From: Patescibacteria group bacterium
Lineage (GTDB): Bacteria; Patescibacteriota; Minisyncoccia; Phycocordibacterales; Phycocordibacteraceae
Assembly: GCA_004322365.1 (NCBI GenBank)
Contig: SCTS01000006.1
Coordinates: forward strand, 160,756 to 224,755
Length of the DNA: 64,000 nucleotides
Direction of reading: 5' to 3'
The position numbers and the translations under genes were made by a program. Shown here in pieces: positions 19,674 through 28,532 of this stretch; position 1 is the stretch's first letter; every line of letters begins with the position of its first letter. Under the pieces are notes generated by a model. That model made no database searches. It was given only the letters and a program-made list of their open reading frames with translations, and was not told the DNA's origin.

Positions 19674-20318
19674 ATGATTGGTCACATTCTCCGGAGAATT
19701 CTTGATGCGTTGATTCCTATATCTAGTGAGTCAGCTATTGCCCGTTCACTTTCAGAAGAAACGCTGGCAGAGCTTCTTCACCCAATGATCCACCGTGATA
19801 AACAGTGGATTGTAGCTCTGTTCCCGTACCGAAACCCAAAAGTTCGCGCACTCATCCGTGCCATAAAATATCGTGGCGAAAAGGCTCCACTTCCTGCACT
19901 GGGTAGAATTTTGGCTGATGAAATCATTCAAATACTTGCCGACAAAAAAACACTCGGAGGATGGCGAAATCCACTTCTCGTTCCCATTCCTAGCTCAAGC
20001 GCTCGCCTAAAATCTCGAGGCTATAACCAAGTTGAGAGAATCGTTCTCGCTACGCTCCCCCATCTTGAAGCGGAGGTTACCTATGCACCTGATGTACTCG
20101 GACGAGAAGACAGAGCAAGCCAAGTAGAAGTATTAAAATCTGAACGTGAGAAAAACATTGCTGGCGCATTTTCCGTTATTCGTCCTGAAAAAGTAAGCGG
20201 CATGCATGTGATTCTTATAGACGATGTCGCCGAGACCGGCACCACACTCTCTGATGCAAAGCGTGCACTCATAGGAGCTGGCGCTTCTGAAGTCATTGCA
20301 ATAACCCTCGCGCACTAA
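19674..20318 (+). CDS. comFC: ComF family protein (ComFC-like phosphoribosyltransferase domain, DNA uptake)
   Basis: 214 aa with a PRTase motif (HVILIDDVAETGTTL) and RGYNQ. Divergent from pilM. Confidence 0.75.
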   Translation: MIGHILRRILDALIPISSESAIARSLSEETLAELLHPMIHRDKQWIVALFPYRNPKVRALIRAIKYRGEKAPLPALGRILADEIIQILADKKTLGGWRNPLLVPIPSSSARLKSRGYNQVERIVLATLPHLEAEVTYAPDVLGREDRASQVEVLKSEREKNIAGAFSVIRPEKVSGMHVILIDDVAETGTTLSDAKRALIGAGASEVIAITLAH

Positions 20319-20350
20319 ACCGGAAAGCAGTTTGCAGTAGGCAGAAAAAA

Positions 20351-20375
20351 ATCCCGACAGGTGTCGGGATTTTTC
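20351..20375 (+). terminator. Rho-independent terminator after comFC
   Basis: Hairpin atcccgacaggtgtcgggat followed by ttttcc. Confidence 0.6.
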
Positions 20376-20422
20376 CTAGAACCTAGAACCTAGAACCTAG
20401 AACCTAGAACCTAGAACCTGAA
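20375..20422. repeat. Heptanucleotide tandem repeat (CCTAGAA) x6 plus a CCTGAAT variant
   Basis: Perfect 7-mer array between the convergent genes comFC and ORF 20423-21262. Confidence 0.9.
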
Positions 20423-21262
20423 TTATTGTGCTCCAGCAGATGCTTCCGTAGTCGTCGTAGTCGACGCCGCAGCTTTCATGCCCTTAAGCGCAGTAATAAT
20501 TTTGTCAGCATCCTTGCGTGCTGTCTGTAAGTCTTTCTGTGCAACTACAATTTGAGCTCGGGCATCCTTGAGTGCCTTTGTGTTTGCAGCTCTTTTTGTA
20601 GCATCACCATTATCAGGGACAAGGGTAACGATTGCGTTTACCGCTGCTTGCGCTTGCAAGCTCGCATCTGCAAGTTTTGCTTTGTACTCTTCAAAGACTA
20701 CGCGAATTGCTGTTACGTCATTTCCTGCCGTAGCTGCTGCCGCAATACGCGTTTCAAATTTTACCGCAATGAGTTGCATCGTGGTTGAAATTGTCACAAT
20801 ACGATCAGCCGCAGTAATTATCCCTCCTTGAGGAATAATGAGTGCATAGATACGGTACGAATCGGTAATGGATTTCACATCCCCCTTCAATGTTTCAAGA
20901 TCAGTATCTGCATTAATTTTAGCCTTAAGTGCATTCAGTGCATTCACTTGTGCTGTCAAAGTTCCCGCAATAGAAGCCTTGTCCGCGTCGGAAAGATTTT
21001 TCATTCCTTGTACGCGAGCGATGAGAGTATTAAGGTTTGTGACTCTTCTGTCAATTTCTTGATTTCCACGGTCCTTACCTCGCATCAATGCAACTGACTG
21101 CCCCGCTGTTGCTTTTACTTCTACTTTTGTTGCTGTAGGCGTAGTGACAGTAGCACCTGCATTTACGCTCGTAGTTACCGCCTCCTCAGCCAATGCGAAT
21201 GTTGGAGATAGAAGAATAGCGAAAGCGACAAGAGGAAGAAGTACTGGGGTTATTTTTTTCAT
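20423..21262 (-). CDS. Secreted Ala-rich coiled-coil protein, hypothetical
   Basis: 279 aa with a signal peptide, long Ala/Lys/Thr-rich helical segments and a C-terminal T-rich tail. Confidence 0.5.
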   Translation of the reverse strand: MKKITPVLLPLVAFAILLSPTFALAEEAVTTSVNAGATVTTPTATKVEVKATAGQSVALMRGKDRGNQEIDRRVTNLNTLIARVQGMKNLSDADKASIAGTLTAQVNALNALKAKINADTDLETLKGDVKSITDSYRIYALIIPQGGIITAADRIVTISTTMQLIAVKFETRIAAAATAGNDVTAIRVVFEEYKAKLADASLQAQAAVNAIVTLVPDNGDATKRAANTKALKDARAQIVVAQKDLQTARKDADKIITALKGMKAAASTTTTTEASAGAQ

Positions 21263-21288
21263 ACTGTTAGATTATTAGAGAATAAGAT

Positions 21289-21576
21289 TTACTGCGCAAC
21301 CGCCTTATCGTTGAGACCTGCATCAATTGCCGTTGTGTCTCCATTCATTGCGGTCATATCTGCATCCACTGATGCCACATCCTGCATTAATGAAGCGTCC
21401 GAAGTGTCAGCGCCCGTTGCGAGTGTTGGTCCTTGAGGAACTGCGGGCTGTGTCTCGGTAGGAGCTACAGCAACAGGGGCTGGCGCTGGACGTGTTGATG
21501 CATACCAATAAAAACCACCACCGAGAACAACAGCTGCGAGTATAATTCCACTGGCTACTTTTATATTTCCTGACAT
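21289..21576 (-). CDS. Small membrane-anchored hypothetical protein
   Basis: 95 aa with an N-terminal TM and a Pro/Ala/Thr-rich remainder. Confidence 0.4.
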   Translation of the reverse strand: MSGNIKVASGIILAAVVLGGGFYWYASTRPAPAPVAVAPTETQPAVPQGPTLATGADTSDASLMQDVASVDADMTAMNGDTTAIDAGLNDKAVAQ

Positions 21577-21683
21577 ATATGTAAGAAGTACTTAGATAAT
21601 TAGATAATGAGCACAGACTGATAAAGCCGTACCTTTCTATTATACCGCACGAGCGAAGATGTCACTGTGGACTCAGAGCCCTT

Positions 21684-22316
21684 CTATCTTAGTGTTTCTT
21701 TTGAGGCAAGAATGGCAAGTATCTCCGTCCATGACGCTACACGAGTAACGCCCTCAGGTACTACCCCTTGATTCCACGGCGTATCTAGGAGCAATACGGG
21801 GATCCCCACACTCGCTACATCAGATGCAAAGTGAAGCGCATCATCAATAAAAAGATCAGCTCCAATTTCAGTCATCACTGACGACTTCAAACGCTTTTTT
21901 GAAGGATCAGTTTCATAGTGACCCGTGAAATGGATTTCACGATAGAGCCCTAAGAAATTTTTAGTAAGCCAGTCAATAGTGTTGTCACGCATTCCTTCAT
22001 GCCGACCTGTCACCACAGCTATCTCGTAAGTTTTTCCAAGATGTTTCAAAGCATCATAGGCTCCAAAAACTGCCTCAGCTTGGTGATGAAACTCTGTACC
22101 TACAAACTCATCAATACGCCTTTGTGTTTCTTCGGGCGCACAATTCCAAACCGTTCCTAAATTGTAGTCAACAACTTCATCGCGCACATAGTTAGTGCCG
22201 TATGTCGCATTATGAAAGCTTGCCATGGCGTCTCCCGTGCGCGCCAATACATCATCAAGATCAACACCGAGAACTTTTTTCGGCTTCTGCGACTCATGTG
22301 GTGAAGATAAAATCAT
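21684..22316 (-). CDS. HAD-superfamily 5'(3')-deoxyribonucleotidase-like hydrolase
   Basis: 210 aa with HAD motif I VLGVDLDDVL and an NT5C-like layout. Confidence 0.6.
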   Translation of the reverse strand: MILSSPHESQKPKKVLGVDLDDVLARTGDAMASFHNATYGTNYVRDEVVDYNLGTVWNCAPEETQRRIDEFVGTEFHHQAEAVFGAYDALKHLGKTYEIAVVTGRHEGMRDNTIDWLTKNFLGLYREIHFTGHYETDPSKKRLKSSVMTEIGADLFIDDALHFASDVASVGIPVLLLDTPWNQGVVPEGVTRVASWTEILAILASKETLR

Positions 22317-22377
22317 ACGTTCTCGCTACCGTAATAGCTTTACGGCTATTCGTCAACAAAACCTCACATCACTCAGC

Positions 22378-23403
22378 TCAGTTTCCGCAAATAGTCTTCA
22401 TGAGTACTGCACACACTTGGTACGGATCCATGTTCGCCGCAGGGCGTCTGTCTTCAAGATATCCCTTGCCATCGTTTGCGGTCGCCATGGGAATACGGAT
22501 AGATGCACCGCGGTCAGAAACACCGTAGCGAAATTCGTTGATACTACAAGTTTCATGTTTGCCTGTGAGTCGCTCTTCGTTCCCTGCCCCATACACAGCA
22601 ATATGTTCGTGATGTTTCCGTTTCAATTTCTCACAAGCAACTTTTATATGTTTAAGTCCACCCGAGGCACGCATCGCCTTCGTTGAAAAGTTTGTATGTG
22701 CACCTGCACCATTCCAATCTCCTTTCACTGGCTTTGGTGCATATGAAACTGACATATCGTGATCTTCACCAAGTCTCTCAAGAAGCCATCTTGCAACCCA
22801 AAGTTGGTCGGCTACAGCAAGGGGTCCGACAGGCCCTACCTGAAATTCCCACTGCCCCGGCATCACTTCTGCATTAATACCTGAAAGTTCTATCCCCGCT
22901 TTCAGACAAGCCTCCATATGTTCTTCCACCAAATCTCTACCGACAATATTTTCTGTACCTACACCGCAATAGTACGGACCTTGGGGGCCTGGAAATCCTA
23001 CTTTAGGAAATCCAAGTGGTCTGCCATTCTGGAAAAGCGTGTACTCCTGTTCAATACCAAACCACGCGCCAGCCGTTTGATATTTTTTAGCAATCGCACG
23101 AAGCTCTGCACGAGTGTTTGAAGGATGCACATCACCGTTCGCTTGATATACCTCACAAAGAACTAAAAGATGCGGGGCTCCGCGCAAAGGATCGGGCAAT
23201 AAAAAAACCGGTATAAGCCGGCAATCACTGAATCTTCCTTCTGCTTGTTCGGTCGATGAGCCATCAAATCCCCATTCCGGTATATCTTTTAATTTTGTAA
23301 CGGGGCCTTTAATAATTTTGGTCTTAGAGCGAATGCCCGCATTGGGCTTCCGTCCGTCGAGCCAAAGGTACTCAACTTCTACATATTTAGTAAGGGTAGT
23401 CAT
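22378..23403 (-). CDS. glnA: Glutamine synthetase, type II (eukaryote-like GSII)
   Basis: 341 aa with WLDGRK, GFDGSST, EVMPGQWEFQVGP and KPVKGDWNGAGAHTNFS. Length and motifs fit GSII rather than the 470-aa GSI. Confidence 0.8.
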   Translation of the reverse strand: MTTLTKYVEVEYLWLDGRKPNAGIRSKTKIIKGPVTKLKDIPEWGFDGSSTEQAEGRFSDCRLIPVFLLPDPLRGAPHLLVLCEVYQANGDVHPSNTRAELRAIAKKYQTAGAWFGIEQEYTLFQNGRPLGFPKVGFPGPQGPYYCGVGTENIVGRDLVEEHMEACLKAGIELSGINAEVMPGQWEFQVGPVGPLAVADQLWVARWLLERLGEDHDMSVSYAPKPVKGDWNGAGAHTNFSTKAMRASGGLKHIKVACEKLKRKHHEHIAVYGAGNEERLTGKHETCSINEFRYGVSDRGASIRIPMATANDGKGYLEDRRPAANMDPYQVCAVLMKTICGN

Positions 23404-23470
23404 AATTCATTCTATCAAGAACAACACGCTGAATGGCAGAGATGGGTGTGGAAAGTACACGCCGAAGAAA

Positions 23471-23550
23471 ATTGCCCCATGCGGGGCTTATTTTCCTGCG
23501 GACGAAGTTTTGGCAAAACTATTTTTTGGGGAAAGAATTTGCCAAAACTT
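23471..23550 (-). promoter_or_regulatory. Leader of the GSII gene with a 13-bp inverted repeat and a terminator-like hairpin
   Basis: Inverted repeat aagttttggcaaa / tttgccaaaactt at 23505-23550, and a GC hairpin gccccatgcggggc followed by a U-rich tract at 23471-23494. Both lie 5' of the start codon at 23403. Confidence 0.35.
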
Positions 23551-23658
23551 CGACTGATTTGTTTTTGAATTCGAATGTCGCAAATGGAAAAGGAGGGGTT
23601 TGGGGAGGAACAAAGAGCTAGAGCGTGATGCTGATTTTTCAGTCCCCGTTATACGAAC

Positions 23659-24747
23659 TCAGTGATCTGACGGAGTTGTCGAAGCTATGACGGAAAACGA
23701 CCGGCTGCATGAATTAATGTCGCCATTTGAGTTCGTTGCCTCCATGACCAGAGATATTTTCTGGGGCGTATTTACGGTTCTCGTGACAGAACCGCTAGTT
23801 CCAAGCGGTTCTGTGTTTAATCCAAGGAGTGTGTTTGTTTCCGTTCCGTTAGCCCACTTCGCACCCGTTGCGTTATCTGTACTCCAGGAGAGTGCAAAAC
23901 TCTGACCTGCAACAGAATTGTAAGGTTGGAGGGATATTTTGCAGGTCGGCGGTGGCCATGCAAAAACCTTACTCTGGGTTTTAAAAACAGAAACACGCTT
24001 TAGTTCGAATCGGTTCACATGAACCAATGAATACGCTTCATATTCCAACGTATACAAACCCGGAACGAGTGTCTCGACTGAATGATTGGGATTCGGGTCG
24101 AGGAAAAACGCGACCGCCGGATAGCCACCGTCAGCGCGGGGTGGTTTTTCAGGGTCGATGGCTCCGTCCAAACCATACTTACGTTCTCCGTTTTGCGAGA
24201 GGTAAAACATTTGGCCATATAAAGTGCCCGCAGTTACTCTTGCATCATATGAAGTGTCCGCAGTTACTCCTGCATATAGACTCTTCGGCATGCCGTAGAT
24301 ATAGATGTCTTCTGCGCCACCCCATCCGCTTAAAGAACTGCTGAGCACCACTTTGGCCGAAGGCGTACTCTGTGTTGTTTGTGTTGCAGGCTGGGCCACC
24401 GTTTTTTTTACTTCAGTTTCATTTGCTACGACAGGTGCGGTTTTTGTTTCTTTTGGGGCAACGGAACCTGTATTCTCTTTCAGCTTATCCTGTGTAGTAC
24501 CTACTTCTGTTTTCTTAGTTGTAGTATCTGCGACCGCTGTAGTTGTAGAAGTCGCGATTTGAGCCGGCTGTGCTTTTGGCATCGCCTTGAAAACATTCCA
24601 CACATTCCAACTCAGAGGATTCCACCATGCAGCAAAAGCAATTTGAGGCGCAATAAAAACGGCAACGACGAGAGCTAAAAAGACTTTTTTGTAAGTCTGC
24701 ATATCAAATTTTAGAGTAAAAGCATTATAGCTCAAATACCAAGTCAA
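23659..24747 (-). CDS. Secreted/membrane-anchored hypothetical protein
   Basis: 362 aa with an N-terminal TM, a Thr/Lys-rich linker and a C-terminal globular region containing Cys. Confidence 0.5.
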   Translation of the reverse strand: MTWYLSYNAFTLKFDMQTYKKVFLALVVAVFIAPQIAFAAWWNPLSWNVWNVFKAMPKAQPAQIATSTTTAVADTTTKKTEVGTTQDKLKENTGSVAPKETKTAPVVANETEVKKTVAQPATQTTQSTPSAKVVLSSSLSGWGGAEDIYIYGMPKSLYAGVTADTSYDARVTAGTLYGQMFYLSQNGERKYGLDGAIDPEKPPRADGGYPAVAFFLDPNPNHSVETLVPGLYTLEYEAYSLVHVNRFELKRVSVFKTQSKVFAWPPPTCKISLQPYNSVAGQSFALSWSTDNATGAKWANGTETNTLLGLNTEPLGTSGSVTRTVNTPQKISLVMEATNSNGDINSCSRSFSVIASTTPSDH

Positions 24748-25034
24748 AAGAGGGATTCGGTCACAAGTAAATTTCCTGACGGAAATTTCTTGCTACCCCG
24801 ACTCGGTACTTTTGCCTTGAGCTATCGCTCAAACAAAAGTATACCTCCGTCATTCGAATCCCTCACGTAACACATGCCTATGTGTTACGTGAGGGATTCG
24901 GTCACGAATCACTAAGTATTTTACTCCTAGCGCTCGTAAAATACTAAGTGTTCTCGACCCCGGCTCAGAAAAGCTCTCCCAGAGCTTTTCTTCCGCCTTT
25001 CGAATCCCAGCACCTATTCCACATAAATAAAAAA

Positions 25035-25065
25035 GCGGGTGCACAAAAGCACCCATTTTTTTACT
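25035..25065 (-). terminator. Bidirectional hairpin terminator 3' of tRNA-Ser
   Basis: Stem gggtgc...gcaccc flanked by A and T runs. Confidence 0.6.
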
Positions 25066-25068
25066 TTG

Positions 25069-25156
25069 CGGAGAGGGAGGGATTCGAACCCTCGGAACCC
25101 TTTAGAGGTTCAACACATTAGCAGTGTGCTCCATTCGACCGCTCTGGCACCTCTCC
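25069..25156 (-). tRNA. tRNA-Ser (anticodon GCU)
   Basis: Manual fold of an 88-nt class II tRNA: acceptor GGAGAGG/CCTCTCC, D-stem CCA/TGG, anticodon loop CUGCUAA, long variable arm, T-arm GAGGG-TTCGAAT-CCCTC, discriminator G. Confidence 0.85.
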
Positions 25157-25235
25157 TTGAGAACAGTCAATTCATAACATGAATTGACTGTTCTAGCGAA
25201 CAATCAGAGTAAGTTTCTATGAATTTTAGAGCAAA

Positions 25236-25982
25236 ATGTTTAGAGGTGCGCTAAAATACTCGCTTAAAGTTATAAACCTCATAATACCTATGCCAAAAAT
25301 GTATATCATCATTATTCTCGTCGCTGTAGTCGCTATCGCAGGAACTTGGATCGCCCTCACCCGTAACAAAGATATGGAAAAGAAAGCGGGCGATGCTAGC
25401 GCTGTAACAAATACAGCAGGTGGTGATGCTGCAACAACTCCATCTCAAACACCTGCGACACAAGGTCAAGGAACAGGCGCAAGTGCTACAACTCCACAAG
25501 CAGTTACCTCCGCAACGCTCCACACAAACAAAGGAGACATCACGGTTGAATTTTTCGGTACCGACGCACCAAACACTGTCGCTAACTTCTTAAAGCTGGC
25601 GAAAGACGGATTCTATGATGGAACAAAATTTCATCGCGTTATCAAAGGCTTCATGCTTCAAGGTGGTGACCCATTAACGAAAGACGACTCTGCTTCAGCT
25701 CGCTGGGGAACAGGAGGTCCTGGCTACTCATTCAAAGATGAGATCCGTGCAAATAATAAAAATGATGTTGGCACGATATCAATGGCAAACTCAGGGCCTA
25801 ACACAAACGGTAGTCAGTTCTTCATCAATGTTGCTCCAAATAATTTCTTGGACGACAAACACACCGTCTTCGGTCGGGTAACCGCAGGCATCGATGTAGT
25901 GAAAGCAATTGAGAGCACTCCTACTAATTCAGGAGATCGCCCACTCGAGCCGATAGTCATAAAATCAGTAACACTTAATTAA
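25236..25982 (+). CDS. ppiB: Peptidyl-prolyl cis-trans isomerase, cyclophilin type, membrane-anchored
   Basis: Cyclophilin core HTNKGDITVEFFGTDAPNTVANFLKL...FHRVIKGFMLQGGDP. The likely start is the internal ATG near 25296 (MPKMYIIIILV..). Confidence 0.8.
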   Translation: MFRGALKYSLKVINLIIPMPKMYIIIILVAVVAIAGTWIALTRNKDMEKKAGDASAVTNTAGGDAATTPSQTPATQGQGTGASATTPQAVTSATLHTNKGDITVEFFGTDAPNTVANFLKLAKDGFYDGTKFHRVIKGFMLQGGDPLTKDDSASARWGTGGPGYSFKDEIRANNKNDVGTISMANSGPNTNGSQFFINVAPNNFLDDKHTVFGRVTAGIDVVKAIESTPTNSGDRPLEPIVIKSVTLN

Positions 25983-26007
25983 ATAGATACTCACATTGAG
26001 AACGAAA

Positions 26008-26036
26008 AAAGAACACCTCGCGGTGTTCTTTTTTTA
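26008..26036 (+). terminator. Rho-independent terminator after ppiB
   Basis: Hairpin gaacacctcgcggtgttc followed by a T-run. Confidence 0.55.
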
Positions 26037-26075
26037 CATGGCATACCAGTGTAAAAAACCGTACACTGATGGTAA

Positions 26076-27083
26076 ATGCCACTCAAAAAAATCGCAGGCT
26101 TTGGACCGGTCGTTGCAGCACTCCTTGGTAACACACTCGTTACCGCTATTAAACTTTGCGCCTCTATCCTTTCGGGTTCTAGTGCCATGTTTGCTGAAAC
26201 GATTCACAGCTTTGCCGACACGCTCAACCAAGCACTACTCCTCATTGGCATTCATCGTTCAACCAAAAAAGCTGACTCACAGTTTGAGTATGGATATGGC
26301 AATGAACGCTTTTTTTGGGCACTCATTTCTGCGTGTGGCATCTTTTTCCTTGGCGCTGGTATCACTCTATACAACGGAATTAACGCATTCAACACATCAC
26401 ACGAAATAACCTTTACTCCAATTATTTTTATTGTTCTTTTTCTTTCATTGCTTATAGAAAGCTACACACTTTGGATTGCCGAAAACAATTTAAGGAAATC
26501 TTTTCCCGATGCCGCATGGCATGAACGCTTCATGCTTGCTGATCCTTCCACGCTCGCTGTGTATTTAGAAGATGCCGTTGCGGTAATTGGTGTTCTCATT
26601 GCTACTGTCTCAATCACACTCTCCTACTACACCAAAAACCCTGCATGGGATGCCATCGGCGCTGTCCTCATTTCCATTCTCTTGATTAGCGTTGCAGTAA
26701 CTCTCATTGCAAAAAACCGCTCGTACCTCATTGGACGTGCAATGCCTACTGATTTGCAGGAAGAAGTGGTTGCGTTCTTAACGGGCGACCCTGCAATAGA
26801 AAAAGTCATAGATTTCAAATCAACAGTGCTCGGCTTTGGTTTATACCGTATTAAGTGTGAGGTTGAGTTTAACGGCCCAGCGCTTTTTCAAGAAGCCTTC
26901 CAGCGTGAAGCCTTAAAAGACCAATTCGAAGAAATCAAAGACGACTACGAAGCATTTAAACGCCACTCCGTAGATTATGCTGACCGTATTCCGCGCCTTA
27001 TGGGTAAGAAGATAGATGAAATAGAAGGAAGGTTAAAAAAGCACTTCCCCTCGATTCAACATATTGATATTGAAATCAACTAG
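26076..27083 (+). CDS. Cation diffusion facilitator family divalent-metal efflux transporter
   Basis: 335 aa with six TM helices, the signature SAMFAETIHSFADTLNQ and a C-terminal cytoplasmic domain. Confidence 0.8.
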   Translation: MPLKKIAGFGPVVAALLGNTLVTAIKLCASILSGSSAMFAETIHSFADTLNQALLLIGIHRSTKKADSQFEYGYGNERFFWALISACGIFFLGAGITLYNGINAFNTSHEITFTPIIFIVLFLSLLIESYTLWIAENNLRKSFPDAAWHERFMLADPSTLAVYLEDAVAVIGVLIATVSITLSYYTKNPAWDAIGAVLISILLISVAVTLIAKNRSYLIGRAMPTDLQEEVVAFLTGDPAIEKVIDFKSTVLGFGLYRIKCEVEFNGPALFQEAFQREALKDQFEEIKDDYEAFKRHSVDYADRIPRLMGKKIDEIEGRLKKHFPSIQHIDIEIN

Positions 27084-27107
27084 TCGCACATGGGTGCGGG
27101 GGGGATA

Positions 27108-28229
27108 CTACCTCGGCACTATATTCACCGTGAGAGCGCTCGAGACAAATGCGCCGTTTGCGCCAATACAAGTCAATGTGAAGACAGTGGTTTTAAGAAG
27201 TGGGCTGCTGAACTTTCCAGACTCCGATGTCAAAACAGAGCCAGAAAGTTCTGCCGGTGGATTTGAAACAAATGCACACGAAGAAACATTTTCAGTACTC
27301 CAACTTACAAGAACCTTCGAACCTTCGTAAGCGGTCACACCTCTGTCAGAGCCGTTCACTCGCAAAGCCACCTTTGAAACCAATGTGGACACTGGCGAGA
27401 GCACTGCACTCGTTGATGTTGCAGGAGTGCTTGGCGTAACAGCCTCTGGTGCATTCACAACCACAAACCCAACAGCAATGGCTCCCCCACTCGCACTCTT
27501 CACGATCACCTGATACGAACCACTCCTGAGAGCCGATGTGGTTATAGACCAACGGCCGTCTTTCACTGGCACTGAGTTATTTGCATACACCACCTCGCTA
27601 CTTCGTATTTCTACACTAACTGTAGTGAGGTTTTTTGCACTACCGGATATTGTTGCGGTAGTGGAGGTTGATGCTGGCATAGTATCGAGCGATATAGTCG
27701 CAAGCGCTGCTTCCAAACTTTCAGTGAGTGTTGGGCGCACAGTAGTTCCTGATGTAGTTGTGGTTGTGGTTGGGGTCGTGGTACCGCAACGCGAAGCTAA
27801 AAATGCGCGCGTAGCAGATTCAACGACACCAGAACTGAGAGATGAAGCGCTACTTGGGAGAATACTTTCCCGTACCTGTAAACGCTTCACTGCAGATTGA
27901 GTTGCAGGACCAAAATAACCAGTCACCAAGCCTTCAGGATAGAGAGTTCTATCTTCCGCCAACGCTTTTTGAAGTTTTGTAACATCACCGCCTGTTTCTT
28001 TATCAGAGATTCCAACAGAGAGCGTTCGACTCAATTGAACGCAGAGTGCAGTTTTTGATAGAGGGGGCCTAGTAGCAGACTGCGCCACAATAAGTTCTTG
28101 ACGCACTTGGTCTACCTCCAAAAGAAGCCGCTGCAACTTTGCGGTAAGCTCATCTACTGTTGCAGCTGACGCGAGGCTTGGAAACACAGCCAAAGCCACA
28201 AACGCTAATGAGATAAATGTTTTTTTCAT
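27108..28229 (-). CDS. Secreted protein with a peptidoglycan-binding-like domain and Thr-rich linker
   Basis: 373 aa with a signal peptide, a PG_binding_1-like segment (GGDVTKLQKALAEDRTLYPEGLVTGYFGPATQSAVKRLQ), a T-rich linker and Ig-like C-terminal regions. Confidence 0.5.
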   Translation of the reverse strand: MKKTFISLAFVALAVFPSLASAATVDELTAKLQRLLLEVDQVRQELIVAQSATRPPLSKTALCVQLSRTLSVGISDKETGGDVTKLQKALAEDRTLYPEGLVTGYFGPATQSAVKRLQVRESILPSSASSLSSGVVESATRAFLASRCGTTTPTTTTTTSGTTVRPTLTESLEAALATISLDTMPASTSTTATISGSAKNLTTVSVEIRSSEVVYANNSVPVKDGRWSITTSALRSGSYQVIVKSASGGAIAVGFVVVNAPEAVTPSTPATSTSAVLSPVSTLVSKVALRVNGSDRGVTAYEGSKVLVSWSTENVSSCAFVSNPPAELSGSVLTSESGKFSSPLLKTTVFTLTCIGANGAFVSSALTVNIVPR

Positions 28230-28353
28230 AGTACAAAATAGTTCTTAAGGTATAGAAACAGTATATAGGTAAAGTTACCTTACCCTCATTATCAAAATTC
28301 GTTCCTCTCGTGCAAAACCCCCACTCAACGAACCCGACACATGCAAAAAGCAC

Positions 28354-28393
28354 GATATAGTTTAATTTAACGACCGTTAAATTAAACTATATC
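28354..28393. promoter_or_regulatory. Perfect 18-bp inverted repeat with 4-nt spacer in a divergent promoter region
   Basis: Sequence gatatagtttaatttaac gacc gttaaattaaactatatc. Lies between the starts of ORF 27108-28229 (minus) and recG (plus). Confidence 0.5.
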
Positions 28394-28532
28394 AAAAAAA
28401 AGACATGCGGGGATGGGCAAAAAAATAAATCGAGGAGGAATGTGGAAGAAATCTAGGGTCAATTCCTGATGAATGGATTTTAAAATAACGAACTAAAAAT
28501 CATTTTATTCATATTCGGTATACTGTTCTTAA

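Noticed and set aside
20375-20422. Possible CRISPR array suggested by the perfect tandem repeats here and at 40566-40600
   Set aside because: The units are 7 nt with no intervening spacers, and no cas genes are present. These are microsatellite-type heptamer repeats, not CRISPR.
24845-25025. T-loop-like TTCGAATCCC fragments at about 24851 and 25005 as possible additional tRNAs
   Set aside because: No acceptor, D or anticodon arms can be paired around them. At most they are tRNA remnants.
24850-25056. 68-aa minus-strand ORF
   Set aside because: It spans the cluster of perfect palindromes next to tRNA-Ser. Its codons are dictated by the inverted repeats and it has no motif. The region is reported as a structured non-coding region instead.
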